DNA of 64,000 nt, taken from contig CATNEN010000007.1 in NCBI GenBank assembly GCA_950097015.1, forward strand, positions 6,696,001-6,760,000, in the 5' to 3' direction. This document shows positions 23,654 to 33,725 of this stretch, piece after piece. Each line of letters begins with the position of its first letter. Position 1 is the first letter of the stretch. The notes beneath the pieces are model-generated. The model was not told where the DNA came from. It worked only from the letters and a program-made list of their open reading frames with translations, and did no database searches. Both the position numbers and the translations under genes were made by a program. Source of the stretch: Macrostomum hystrix (Eukaryota; Animalia; Platyhelminthes).

Positions 23654-24741
23654 TTAAGAATGCCTAGCTGAACGGACATGCACGTGCTCTTCAATGCAAA
23701 TGTAGCCGTTGTATATTGTTAATTGCATCTTATGACTTACACTAATCAATGTTATTTATCTGGAGGTATGGCTGACCTCCTATACACCATAATTACTTTC
23801 GGTATGTTTCGGTTGCTCCTACTTGAATATCTGCCGTAAATTTTTGCCTTTCGTCACGTGTCGTACGTCTGAAGCAGTATGGGGGTACTTTAAGTGGTCA
23901 AATCGGCATTCGTATTGAACGCAGATCACGATAAGAATCGTGATCTTGCACTGTGAAAGTATATTGCCTGCACATCCAGGAATTTCGCACTTAGCATAAA
24001 TCGTCCAAAAGTTGCTCCTTCGCTTCTTAGAGTTGGGAGTTATAACTTCGTTGTATCCACTGAATAGAAGTACGCAATTTGAAATATCCCTCATGGCTCT
24101 ACTCACGGCGTTTTTCGTGCTTTGCCGAGAAAATTCAAAGTCATTTACTACTAATTGAAGGCCAATATTCTAAACATCTCTAACTGTTAGCTCTACTTCA
24201 TGAGCGCTCCTCTTTTTTTCTGACTGGTCACAAATCAATGGCTGATGTTCAACGTATTCATTCATGGTTGTGGCACACGACACCATGTCACTATCATCGT
24301 CACGATCACTAGCCCCATCACCTACTTCTAGCTCATCCTCACTATCACCAAGACTATTCTGAACTAATTCTGCAGGACTGATTGGCTTTATCCTCTATGA
24401 CTGAACTATTCGAATTCGAGGTGATCAGCAACATACGGACCTTGGTTATAATTTTCCGGTGTACTAGATGTTTCCCTAGTGCGAAACACACTGATGTAAG
24501 TCACCAACGTGCTTCGCTGGCGTAGCCGGTTACGCAAGGAAAGGGGGCGTATAAGGTACTAGAAAAGGGTGTTGATTTTCTGTAATCTCTCGGCATCAAA
24601 TTATTTGTTACCTACTAATAAACAATACCATCCCCCAACAGAAGATACTGAAAAATACAGTTTTGTTACATTTAAGTATTTTAGTTGATCCGTATGAGGC
24701 TTCGGATCGCGATCCGATCCGATCCGTCTTTTATACACCAC

Positions 24742-25394
24742 TGTTGTACCTGTGGTAGCGTGGCACACACTATTGGTAAAATGACCAAGACAGGACACTG
24801 GATTCAGAGAGGATTTTACCGGCCTCACACTCTGATGCTTCGTTGCAGTGGATGCAACCCGTTAGTCAGGCTTAGATCACTGAGTTTCCTCTCACACTTC
24901 GTAGGAAGCCTACGTCTTTATTCGACTCCTGTAGTTTAGCTGCAAGCGGACTAGAAAACTTGCTTCTAAATGCGCTTTCTAGTCTAGCTTTGCCAAGAAG
25001 TTTGCTAAATTCAGAAGTTGTTGAATAAAAAGATGCAAACGATGCAAAACGCATGAAGACTGGAGACAAGAAAGTGCCATCAATATAAAGAAATAGTGCT
25101 ACCATGACACTAACACCATCTCAAGGATTCGTCGGACTGTGCTCTACTTATAGTAGGAGCATTTGAGCGTTGTTCTGCCAGTCTTCTTCCGAACTTAAGC
25201 GATTGCACCATGGTGTGCAATGTGACTCAGTGCGCAGACAGAGCTGGAACGAGAGAGAGAAAGCGGAGGGGGTGGCGAGCGGAGGTGACAGTGCACGGGA
25301 AACACTAACTACCTACACCCCAGCCCTCCCACAGACCTAGAACAGCCTGACTCACGGATTGCCTGGAGGCTGCTCAGCAGTCTACAGCACATCA
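24742..25394 (-). repeat. 3' LTR
   Basis: Direct repeat of 33073-33725 (offset 8331); no differences noticed by eye. Confidence 0.97.
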
Positions 25395-25404
25395 CTCTCC
25401 TCCA
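25395..25404 (-). promoter_or_regulatory. Polypurine tract
   Basis: Minus strand TGGAGGAGAG immediately before the 3' LTR's TGATGTG. Confidence 0.75.
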
Positions 25405-25773
25405 GCTAAAGGATGACGGTCAACACCGGCTGGCCGTCAGCCGCACTTAATCAAAATTTCACGTAAGTACTTTTTATATCACCTCATAATCAGCAATTCA
25501 ACTAACAAACATAAATCGCGCTGAGAAAATCAACAGTACATCAGGCTAAGAAAAAGAAACAAATGCTGACCCTTCACACAAAGAAAACTAACAAAACAAA
25601 CGCATCAGGGAAGTCTACAAAAAGATAACAAAGGCGCCAAAGGGGGATTCCCTTTTCGGGTCACATGACCAAACACTGGATAAAAAGGAAGAACAAATTA
25701 TAACATTCAACAACACTAAATGAATGCAGCGTGCACCCTACAGCAACACCCTTATTCGCCCTAAACGGCCCTT

Positions 25774-26676
25774 TCAAAACCTGGCCATTCTAATGAGGGC
25801 CTCAGGATACCATGCTGCTTCAACGAGCTCAATCGCCGCCTGCCCGTACTGGGCCACCAGGTGATGCGCTGCCCTGGCCGGGCCTCCGATCTCGCGCTCG
25901 GCCCGCGCCGCCGCCTCATGCAGCATCTCCTGCCGGGTCGCTCTTTGCTCCTCCAGGAAGGCACGTTGTGCTGCAGCCGGCCATCCGCTGTCCATTTGGC
26001 CTAGCGCGGCCCGAATTAGCGACTCTGCTACCGCCTGGGTAGCAGCTTCCCGTTCCGGGGCCCACAGACTCCACTGGGCACGCCTCTGGGCACCTCCCCG
26101 TCGTCTCCGTCTCTGCCTATCCGGCTCCTCGGCGTCATCGCCGGATGACGAGCTTTGAGATGCCAATAGGCCCATCTCCGGGGGTGCCGCAGGACCTTCC
26201 GGCACCTGGTCCTCTTCTGGCTCCGGGTCTGAGTCAGGGTCTGACATCCCTTCGTCGTCCGAAGGCATGCCAGCCTGGAGCTCAGCCCATAGGTCCTCGT
26301 TCGGGTCTATCTGGACCTCGTTCGACCCGCTGCTGCTGCTGCTCAACATTGGGCGTTGGGCCTGCACACTGGCGTCGGTGGTGTCCGCCACCGCTTGCAC
26401 ACCGCAGTGCCGTTTAGCCCCTGGTCGATGCTGAGCTTCGCTCTCCGCCGACCGCTTCTTGGGCTGCTGGGCGCGAGGTAGAGAGGGCATAAAGTGTTGA
26501 TGCCAACTCGGCGAGCGCTGGCCCAAAGGGAAGGGCGCACTATGACCGAATTGACTCCTCAATACCTCAATGCGCCTACTTACCCCTGTTGGCGCATCCA
26601 CCCTTCTCACAACTCCCATTAGCCGCGGGCGCGTTGGCAAACGTTCCTCTGGCCCGACGTTCTCCTTGTTCTCCAT
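25774..26676 (-). CDS. Gypsy ORF3 of unknown function (300 aa, not env-like)
   Basis: Intact ATG-TAG ORF between pol and the PPT. N-terminal KEN, basic PKKR/AKRH/RRRRRR, acidic tract, helical C-terminus; no signal peptide or TM segment visible. Confidence 0.7.
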   Translation of the reverse strand: MENKENVGPEERLPTRPRLMGVVRRVDAPTGVSRRIEVLRSQFGHSAPFPLGQRSPSWHQHFMPSLPRAQQPKKRSAESEAQHRPGAKRHCGVQAVADTTDASVQAQRPMLSSSSSGSNEVQIDPNEDLWAELQAGMPSDDEGMSDPDSDPEPEEDQVPEGPAAPPEMGLLASQSSSSGDDAEEPDRQRRRRRGGAQRRAQWSLWAPEREAATQAVAESLIRAALGQMDSGWPAAAQRAFLEEQRATRQEMLHEAAARAEREIGGPARAAHHLVAQYGQAAIELVEAAWYPEALIRMARF

Positions 26677-28599
26677 AGTTGTCTATTCTTTTGCTTTCTT
26701 TTCTCGTGAAGTTTCTCTTAGGTGTCTTCTAGCCTAGCTTCGGACAAGGAGGTCACTGAAACATTGTAGACAGGCCGTACATTGCTCTGACAAAATAGGA
26801 CTTTCTACTAGGATCAACCTGCAGCCTTTCAGGCTCTCGCCTAATTCTTTGCGGCCTGATGCCGCAAATTCTTTGCTGCGGCTCCTGATCCCTAGCTACA
26901 CCTACTTCCTGGTCCTGAGCAGCCTCACCTACGTTCTCAGCCCTGACATTATCTGCCATTTCCCCGTGCATAGAGGATGGGATAGGGGGCAGGGTTGGAG
27001 AGGGCAACGGACTGTCCGACGGCAGGACAACCACATCACCAGACGCCTCCCCCGCTATTGTCGTTGCTGTCGTCTGGTTCGCCGGACGCGTCAGCTGTCG
27101 GAGGGCTACCCTTTGGTGGCCTCCCGAGCTTTCGCCGTGCCGTGCTCACCTCCTCCGTCCTGTCGCACATCGAGGCCGGTACCGGGAGCAGGTTGCGCCG
27201 ATGGACTACCAGCACCTGCTTCCTGGCCTTCTTGGTGCTGCCGTGTCGCCGGATCTTGTACACTGCCTCGCCTTTACTCTCGAGCACTACGTAGACCGAC
27301 TGTCTGGGCCGATGAAATTTGCTGATCTAGCCGGCCTCGATCACCGGATTGTTGAGTAGGACCAGCTGGCCCGGGCGGAGTGGTCTCGCCTGCGGTCTTT
27401 CCTGATAATGCTCTTCCCGCAGCATCTGATACCTCTCGAGCTTGTCCCGGGCGCAATTGACAGCCTGGTCTATGGGCCCCTGGAACTGTCTGAGATAATC
27501 TGGCAGGTCTGCGTACTCGGCCAGTGTAGTCAGCGTGTTGTCGACGGGCAGCCGGTACTCCCGTCCGAAGACCAGGAAGTACGGCGTGTACCCGGTCACA
27601 GGGTGGACACTGGTGCGCAACGCGATTAAGCCCGCGGGCAGCATCAGGTCCCAATCCCTGTGATCCTTTTCCAACAAGCACGTGAGCACCGACTTAATTT
27701 GGCGATTCAGATTTTCGACCTGGCAATTGCTGGCCGGGTTATAGGGACACGTGTGCGTGTGACGGATGCCGTACAGCTTGCAGAAGTCCTCAAACTCTGC
27801 ACTCATAAAGTTCGTCCCTTGGTCCGTGTGCAGCCAGGCTGGTGCACCGTACTCGGGAATGAACCTATCTAGCAGCAGTTTGATCACAGTTTTCGTCTTC
27901 TGGTTACGCATCAGATAGGCAAACGGGTACTTCGATGTTGCATCACACAGGGTGAGGATGTACCGATGTCCTCGGGCACTTGGTTGTGACAAAGGCCCGA
28001 TTACGTCGGCGTGCACCCTTCCCAAAACCTCACACACTGGAAAGTTCTGCGGTGGGACATTCACCGCCGAAAGGAAAGTTCTCCTTCCGCCTCGACTTGC
28101 TCTCCAGACATGTCCTGCAACGCGCCACGTACCTCGTCGCCTCCGACCAGAGACCGGGTCTCCAGAACCTGTCTCTAACTCTCTGCACCGTCTTGGACTG
28201 ACCGAGATGACCCGCCAAGGGTGAATCATGCAAGGCCTCATAGACGCGCGAGTCTAATGCTTTCGGTAGCACCGGTCGCGGCGGCCGGTTGTCATCAAAG
28301 TCAATGACGAGCAACCCGTCGCGCACCTCCAGCTCCTCAAATGCACCCAGGAGGTCTCTGACCTCTTTCGGTATCTGGAGTCGCTGATCGAACCTGGGCT
28401 TTTGCCTTCCTGACAGCTTCAGTTCCGTCAGGTACTTGATTGCTGGGTCTTGGTGCTGAGCTTCTAGCAACTCGACCTGGCTAACCGGCACCTTCAGGAA
28501 CTCTGTCACCACTGCTCTTACCGGAGGCAGCTCTCCACTGTCCTTGTCCTCCTTGTCCTTGGACCCAGGAGCCCTGGCAGCAGGGGGTGTCCTTGACAG

Positions 28600-29110
28600 G
28601 CGAGACTGGTCGCAACGAGTCTGACAACTCCCCTCCACCTCTGCTCCCTGTCCCCCGGAGAGACCAACAGTCGGCAGGCAGGACTGGCTGCAACGAGCTA
28701 ACTGCTGATCTTCCTGACCCGAGGACCTTGACACAGCGGGATTAGTCGCTAGCAGGCAGGACGGGCTGCAACGAGCCAGCGACTTCTCCCCTGTTTCTGA
28801 GAACTCCTCAACAGCAGGATTCGGTGTCTGCAGGCAGGACTGGCTGCAACGAGCGGACACTTCTTCCTCTGTCTCCGGACACACCAGAGGCTCTGGATCC
28901 GGCGCCTGCAGGCAGGACTGGCTGCAACGAGCGGGCACCTTCTCCTTTACCTTTGAGCCTTCCGCCACTACCTGAGTCTGCACCTGTGCCTTGGCATCAC
29001 AGCCCCGCACCGTGCTCCTCCCTTGTGGCTCCCTGGCTCCAGCTACCTTCAGTAGCTACCGTCTGCACGGCGGCGTCCACAGTCTGCAGGCAGAACTGGC
29101 TGCAACGAGC
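28600..29110 (-). repeat. Six dispersed Cys-containing repeats (ARCSQSCL) in the RNaseH-integrase spacer
   Basis: gcaggcaggactggctgcaacgagc variants at ~28600, 28675, 28752, 28829, 28908 and 29086. Confidence 0.85.
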
Positions 29111-31731
29111 TTACTGCGGGGCCCCGTAGACAGGTGCTTCCCGCCTCAAAAGCTGGCCTGCGGTCGTGTCTTCCTGACACCCTTGCAGCACCGCCTTATC
29201 TTGGCGCACCTGGACAGGTTCCAGGACCGGCTCTTCCACCAGTCCTTCAGACACAGCTGCTTCCCTTCTTGATCGGCCGTCCATGACCTCCTGAGCCTTG
29301 GGTTTCACAGCTCGCAGTGGTTCTGCGGCTCTTGTGATTTCACCCTGTTCATTGCCCCTTTCCTGTCCCTCCTCCAGCTGACTCGAAAATTGGCGGGTGC
29401 AAGCACTCGCACCGAACTGGTTGTAGGGTGTCACCACCCCGAAAGAACAATTGACCGGGTTATCCGGCTTTCTCGACATCGAGTCAGCATTTTGGTGAGA
29501 CTTTCCAGGACGATGAACATTGGTGAAATCAAACTCACTCATTCTCTCAACCCAACGGCCCAAGATGCCTGTCGCCTCAGTCTGATGCATGAGCTACAGC
29601 AGGGCCTTGTGGTCAGACCGGACGACAAACTTCTTGCCAACCAGGAAGTACCGGAAATGCCGCATCGCATCTACGACTGCCAGCAATTCTTTGCGGGTCG
29701 TAGTGTAGCGGGTCTCCGGCCCTCGCAGCTTCCGGCTGTAGTAGCCAACAGGCCTCTCTACTCCATCAGACTGCAGCTGATTAAGACGAGCCCCTATGCG
29801 GTCATCAGATGCATCTGTGTCGAGGATGAAAGTGACTTTCGGGTCAGAGGTGTACTCCGGGTACGCCAGTACCTCCGTAGAGCACAACGCATCCTTCAAT
29901 CCCTGGAAAGCCCTCTCATGCTCTGTCTTCCACAGACCCTTCAAGCTGGTAATGTCCCGCTTAGTGAGCTCGTGCAACGGTGCTGCAATCCCTGAGTAGT
30001 TGCGGACGAACTTCTTGTAGTACTGCGCCAACCCCAAGAAGCTGCGCAGTTCCTTGGCGCTTCGAGGTGTCGGCCAGCCTCTGATCTCGGCGATCTTGTC
30101 CTCGTTCGTCAGGATGCCTTCAGGTGTCACCACATGGCCTAAATAGTGCAGCTCCCTCTTAAACAGGTGGCACTTCTTTGGCTTCAGCTTGAACTGGGCT
30201 TCACGGATTCGCATCAGCATCATCCTCAGATGCTCCAAGTGATCGTCAAAGGTAGGCGAGTGGACGAGTATATCATCGATATACCCCAACGCTACCTTTG
30301 GCGTCAGCCCTTCCAGCAGCTTGTTGATACAGCGCTGAAAAGAACCTGCCAAATCCGTCATGCCCATCGGCAACACAGTAAACTCAAACTGACCTCTGTG
30401 GTGAACCGAGAACGCGGTCAGGTGTCTATCCTGCTCTCTCAGCGGGATCTGCCAGAAACCCTGTGCAAGATCGAGGGCGGAATAGTACTGCGCCCCTCTC
30501 AAATGCTCAAAGGTCTGCTGTATGTCTGGCAGCGGGTAGACGTGTTTCAGGCAGCGGCTATTCAACTCGCGATAGTCTAAGACAATCCTGATCGTCTTGT
30601 CTTTCTTAGGGACAATCAGGAGAGGCGTGTTGTAGCTAGAGAATGTCGGCTTGATGGTGCCTTTAGCCAACATCTCATCCAGCATCTTGTCCAGCTGTTC
30701 CATCAAGTGAGGCGGGATCCTCCTCGGTGGAATGCGGACTGGGGTGGGATCTGTCACAATGATCTCATGAGTGACCAGGTCAGTGACACCATGGTCCAGG
30801 GGATGCATTGCGAATGCCTCGTGGCACTCTCTCAACATCTCCTTAACCCGATGCCTCTGCTCCTCGGTCAACCTCTCACAGATCTCCACCTCTTCTAGCC
30901 ATGCCTCATCGCTCTCTAGCCCTTCTGCCTGAACCTGCCTGACCGGCGTCTCCTCTAGCTCTGGTACTCGTAGATATTCCAGTTCGTCTGCCTTCAATGG
31001 CCTCGCTAGCCCTACAAGTCCATTGCGTCGAATGACCGCCGGGAAGCAAGAGGTGTTGATGATTTCAACACACCCTGTCCCGTCAGCCATCGTCAGCAAT
31101 GTCGGGGCCATCTCGACCTGGGACGCCCCTGGCTTCAGTCCCGATTTCAAGGACTCCACAAGCAGCGGCGTGCCGTGACAGTCGGTCCGGCCACCCGCTA
31201 ACTTCACCGCCGCGAGCATTGAAGAGCGCGCTGGCACAGTGGTCTGCTCGAGTGAGTAAACCCGACTGGCCCTCGCCTCTCGCCTCGTGAATCTCAGCGG
31301 CACTCTTGTTCCTGATTTCATGGTCAGCATCCCCTTCGGAAAATCAATCTTCTGGGTGTGCTGGCGCATGAAATCAATTCCTAAGATATTCTCATGTTCG
31401 CCCTTCGTCACGCAGAACTCGACGTCTACTGCGTAGTCGCCGAGCCTGACCTCAAAGGCGACTCGCCCTAAGACTGGCAACCGAGAACCATCGAAGTTGC
31501 ACAGGGCACTCTCTCCTGTCAGCACAGCGTGCGGCACTACTTGCCTCAGAGATGCCCACGTCTCACTTCCAATTAGACAGCGCCTGCTCCCTGAATCCAG
31601 GAGTAAGGGCACCGTCTTCTTGGAAACCATCGCCGTCACGTAGGGGTCAGCGTTGGAGGCATACCAACGCTCGAGGAAGCTGGTACTAGGAGAGCCCCCA
31701 CCCTCTCCTCCAGCTTGCTCCTCAGTTCCCC

Positions 31732-33009
31732 TCAGGCCCGTCCAGGAACTGGACTGCGAGGGGCATTGCCGTCCATGCTCCTCGCCGTCTCGTTTCCCGA
31801 CGTCTGAGTGCCTTGGGCCTGCAGCTCGGACTGCTGCCTGGGCTCTTGCCGTTGCGCTCTCGGATACCCCTGAGCGTGGTGCTCATAACGCGGCTTAGGT
31901 GGCCTCGTCGGGCAATCACGCCTCAGGTGGCCGAACTTCCCGCAACCAAAGCATGCCCCTCTTGGCGGCGCCGGTCCTTCCTGCTGCACGGCTCCCTGTG
32001 GTCGGCTGAGTGCCTGGACCAGCATCTCCTGCATCTTTTGCTGATGCTGCAGCTGCTGTCCCTGGACCTCGACCATCTTGGTCATCAGCGATTCAAGGCC
32101 CTTCAGCGCAGCAGTAACACCTTGCGGTGGCGGCCGCGCATTCAGGTCCTCGTCGTCGCCGTGCACCATCCGAGCCGGCCCATCCTTCGCCCTCTGGACT
32201 GCATCGTCGACCACTTCTAGGCGCTTCAACTCTCGCCTAGCCTCTAGGAGTGTCCTAGGGCGAGTCCGCAGCAGGTGCTTGCGGTTCTCAACCGAAGTCC
32301 GAACCCCTTTCACAAACTGGTCGACCAACTCATAGTCCAAGTCTCTCTGGCGAAGGTTGGTGTAGGCCTGCTCACCGAGTCCCTGCAACGCATCAGCGTA
32401 GTCATCAAGCGTTTCCGCTTTCTTCTGATAGCGATTGCGGAACTCGTCTCGGTACTCCTCAGGACTGCTCAGCTGCGCGAATCGCTCCACAATACGCTCC
32501 TTGAACTGGGCATACGTGAGCTCTTCCGGCAGCTTCATCCTGAGGACGGCATTCAGGCACTGTACATCGAGGTGGTCGAGTAGAAGGGCCTTGCGTGTCT
32601 CCGAACTGCGAATCGCAGCCCGGGCGCAATACGCTTCAAACGCGTCCACCCACAGATGCACGTCCTGACCCCGAGAAAACTTGGCAATCTTCGCCGTCCT
32701 ACCTTGTTGCTGTTCCACCTGCTTGTCCATCAGGTTGAGCATCCGGTACACCAGGTCAGCCGTCGCCCTGTCGTCCAGCCTCGGTCGTCGTCGCCTTGCT
32801 GCCGCTGCCGCTCCTCGGTCGTTCTCGCCGCCGGACTGGTCGTCGTCGCCGAAGTCGCTCTCGCTGTCCTCGCCGTCGCCGACGCAGCCGTTTCCGCGGT
32901 CATCCCATCTTGACCGAGCTTCCTGCAGCGCACAGCCACCGCGAGTCTCCTTGCTCCGGGCTACCTGCTGCCTCTCTTCCCTCTCAGAATCCAGCTCCTC
33001 TTGGGACAT
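31732..33009 (-). CDS. gag: Gypsy Gag (425 aa)
   Basis: Capsid-like core (F.RGQDV..W...FE, Q...ETLDDYA..L, QFVKG) and a CCHC knuckle CFGCGKFGHLRRDC. Confidence 0.95.
   Translation of the reverse strand: MSQEELDSEREERQQVARSKETRGGCALQEARSRWDDRGNGCVGDGEDSESDFGDDDQSGGENDRGAAAAARRRRPRLDDRATADLVYRMLNLMDKQVEQQQGRTAKIAKFSRGQDVHLWVDAFEAYCARAAIRSSETRKALLLDHLDVQCLNAVLRMKLPEELTYAQFKERIVERFAQLSSPEEYRDEFRNRYQKKAETLDDYADALQGLGEQAYTNLRQRDLDYELVDQFVKGVRTSVENRKHLLRTRPRTLLEARRELKRLEVVDDAVQRAKDGPARMVHGDDEDLNARPPPQGVTAALKGLESLMTKMVEVQGQQLQHQQKMQEMLVQALSRPQGAVQQEGPAPPRGACFGCGKFGHLRRDCPTRPPKPRYEHHAQGYPRAQRQEPRQQSELQAQGTQTSGNETARSMDGNAPRSPVPGRA
31751..31798 (-). promoter_or_regulatory. Programmed -1 ribosomal frameshift signal (G GGA AAC plus predicted pseudoknot)
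   Basis: Heptamer GGGAAAC (31792-98) in the gag frame. Stem GCGAGGAGCAT/ATGCCCCTCGC lies 6 nt downstream, and loop GGAC can pair with downstream GTCC. The -1 frame is open into pol. Confidence 0.85.
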
Positions 33010-33047
33010 GGCGTTCGTATCCGCAGTGAATGAGTAAAAAGGCTAAC

Positions 33048-33071
33048 TCGAATCACACCGCTTTGCCACCA
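33048..33071 (-). promoter_or_regulatory. Primer-binding site, tRNA-Leu-like
   Basis: TGGTGGCAAAGCGGTGTGATTCGA starts 1 nt after the 5' LTR. It resembles the complement of the tRNA-Leu 3' end (TGGTGGCAGCGGTGGGATTCGA, recalled) with a 2-nt insertion. Confidence 0.7.
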
Positions 33072-33072
33072 A

Positions 33073-33725
33073 TGTTGTACCTGTGGTAGCGTGGCACACA
33101 CTATTGGTAAAATGACCAAGACAGGACACTGGATTCAGAGAGGATTTTACCGGCCTCACACTCTGATGCTTCGTTGCAGTGGATGCAACCCGTTAGTCAG
33201 GCTTAGATCACTGAGTTTCCTCTCACACTTCGTAGGAAGCCTACGTCTTTATTCGACTCCTGTAGTTTAGCTGCAAGCGGACTAGAAAACTTGCTTCTAA
33301 ATGCGCTTTCTAGTCTAGCTTTGCCAAGAAGTTTGCTAAATTCAGAAGTTGTTGAATAAAAAGATGCAAACGATGCAAAACGCATGAAGACTGGAGACAA
33401 GAAAGTGCCATCAATATAAAGAAATAGTGCTACCATGACACTAACACCATCTCAAGGATTCGTCGGACTGTGCTCTACTTATAGTAGGAGCATTTGAGCG
33501 TTGTTCTGCCAGTCTTCTTCCGAACTTAAGCGATTGCACCATGGTGTGCAATGTGACTCAGTGCGCAGACAGAGCTGGAACGAGAGAGAGAAAGCGGAGG
33601 GGGTGGCGAGCGGAGGTGACAGTGCACGGGAAACACTAACTACCTACACCCCAGCCCTCCCACAGACCTAGAACAGCCTGACTCACGGATTGCCTGGAGG
33701 CTGCTCAGCAGTCTACAGCACATCA
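33073..33725 (-). repeat. 5' LTR
   Basis: Direct repeat of 24742-25394, adjacent to the PBS. Confidence 0.97.

Larger units (their letters stand above)
26753..31798 (-). pseudogene. pol: Gypsy pol (PR-RT-RNaseH-long spacer-integrase), disrupted
   Basis: LLDSGS (protease), LDLAQGFWQI and GYIDD (RT), DTDAS/KELLAV/SDH (RNase H), H..H..CRTC plus HADVIGP/HTDQG/VENLN (integrase). In-frame stops at 29594, 29111 and 27327; frame changes near ~29020 and ~28060. Confidence 0.95.
24742..33725 (-). mobile_element. Full-length Ty3/Gypsy LTR retrotransposon (8984 bp)
   Basis: Two 653-bp LTRs with TG..CA ends, 4-bp TSD CCAC (24738-41, 33726-29), PBS, PPT, and gag-PR-RT-RH-IN order. Confidence 0.97.

Noticed and set aside
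23819-24106. Transposase N-terminal fragment (FWTIYAKCEIPGC)
   Set aside because: Probably TE-derived, but too short and decayed to assign a family.
24872-25105. 77-aa ORF duplicated at 33203-33436
   Set aside because: Lies within the LTRs; the duplication reflects LTR identity, not coding.
25774-26676. ORF3 as an envelope gene
   Set aside because: No signal peptide, TM helix or Cys-rich ectodomain.
12452-33037. Numerous antisense and alternate-frame ORFs over Helitron, piggyBac and Gypsy genes
   Set aside because: Shadow ORFs of GC-rich coding sequence with no independent motifs.
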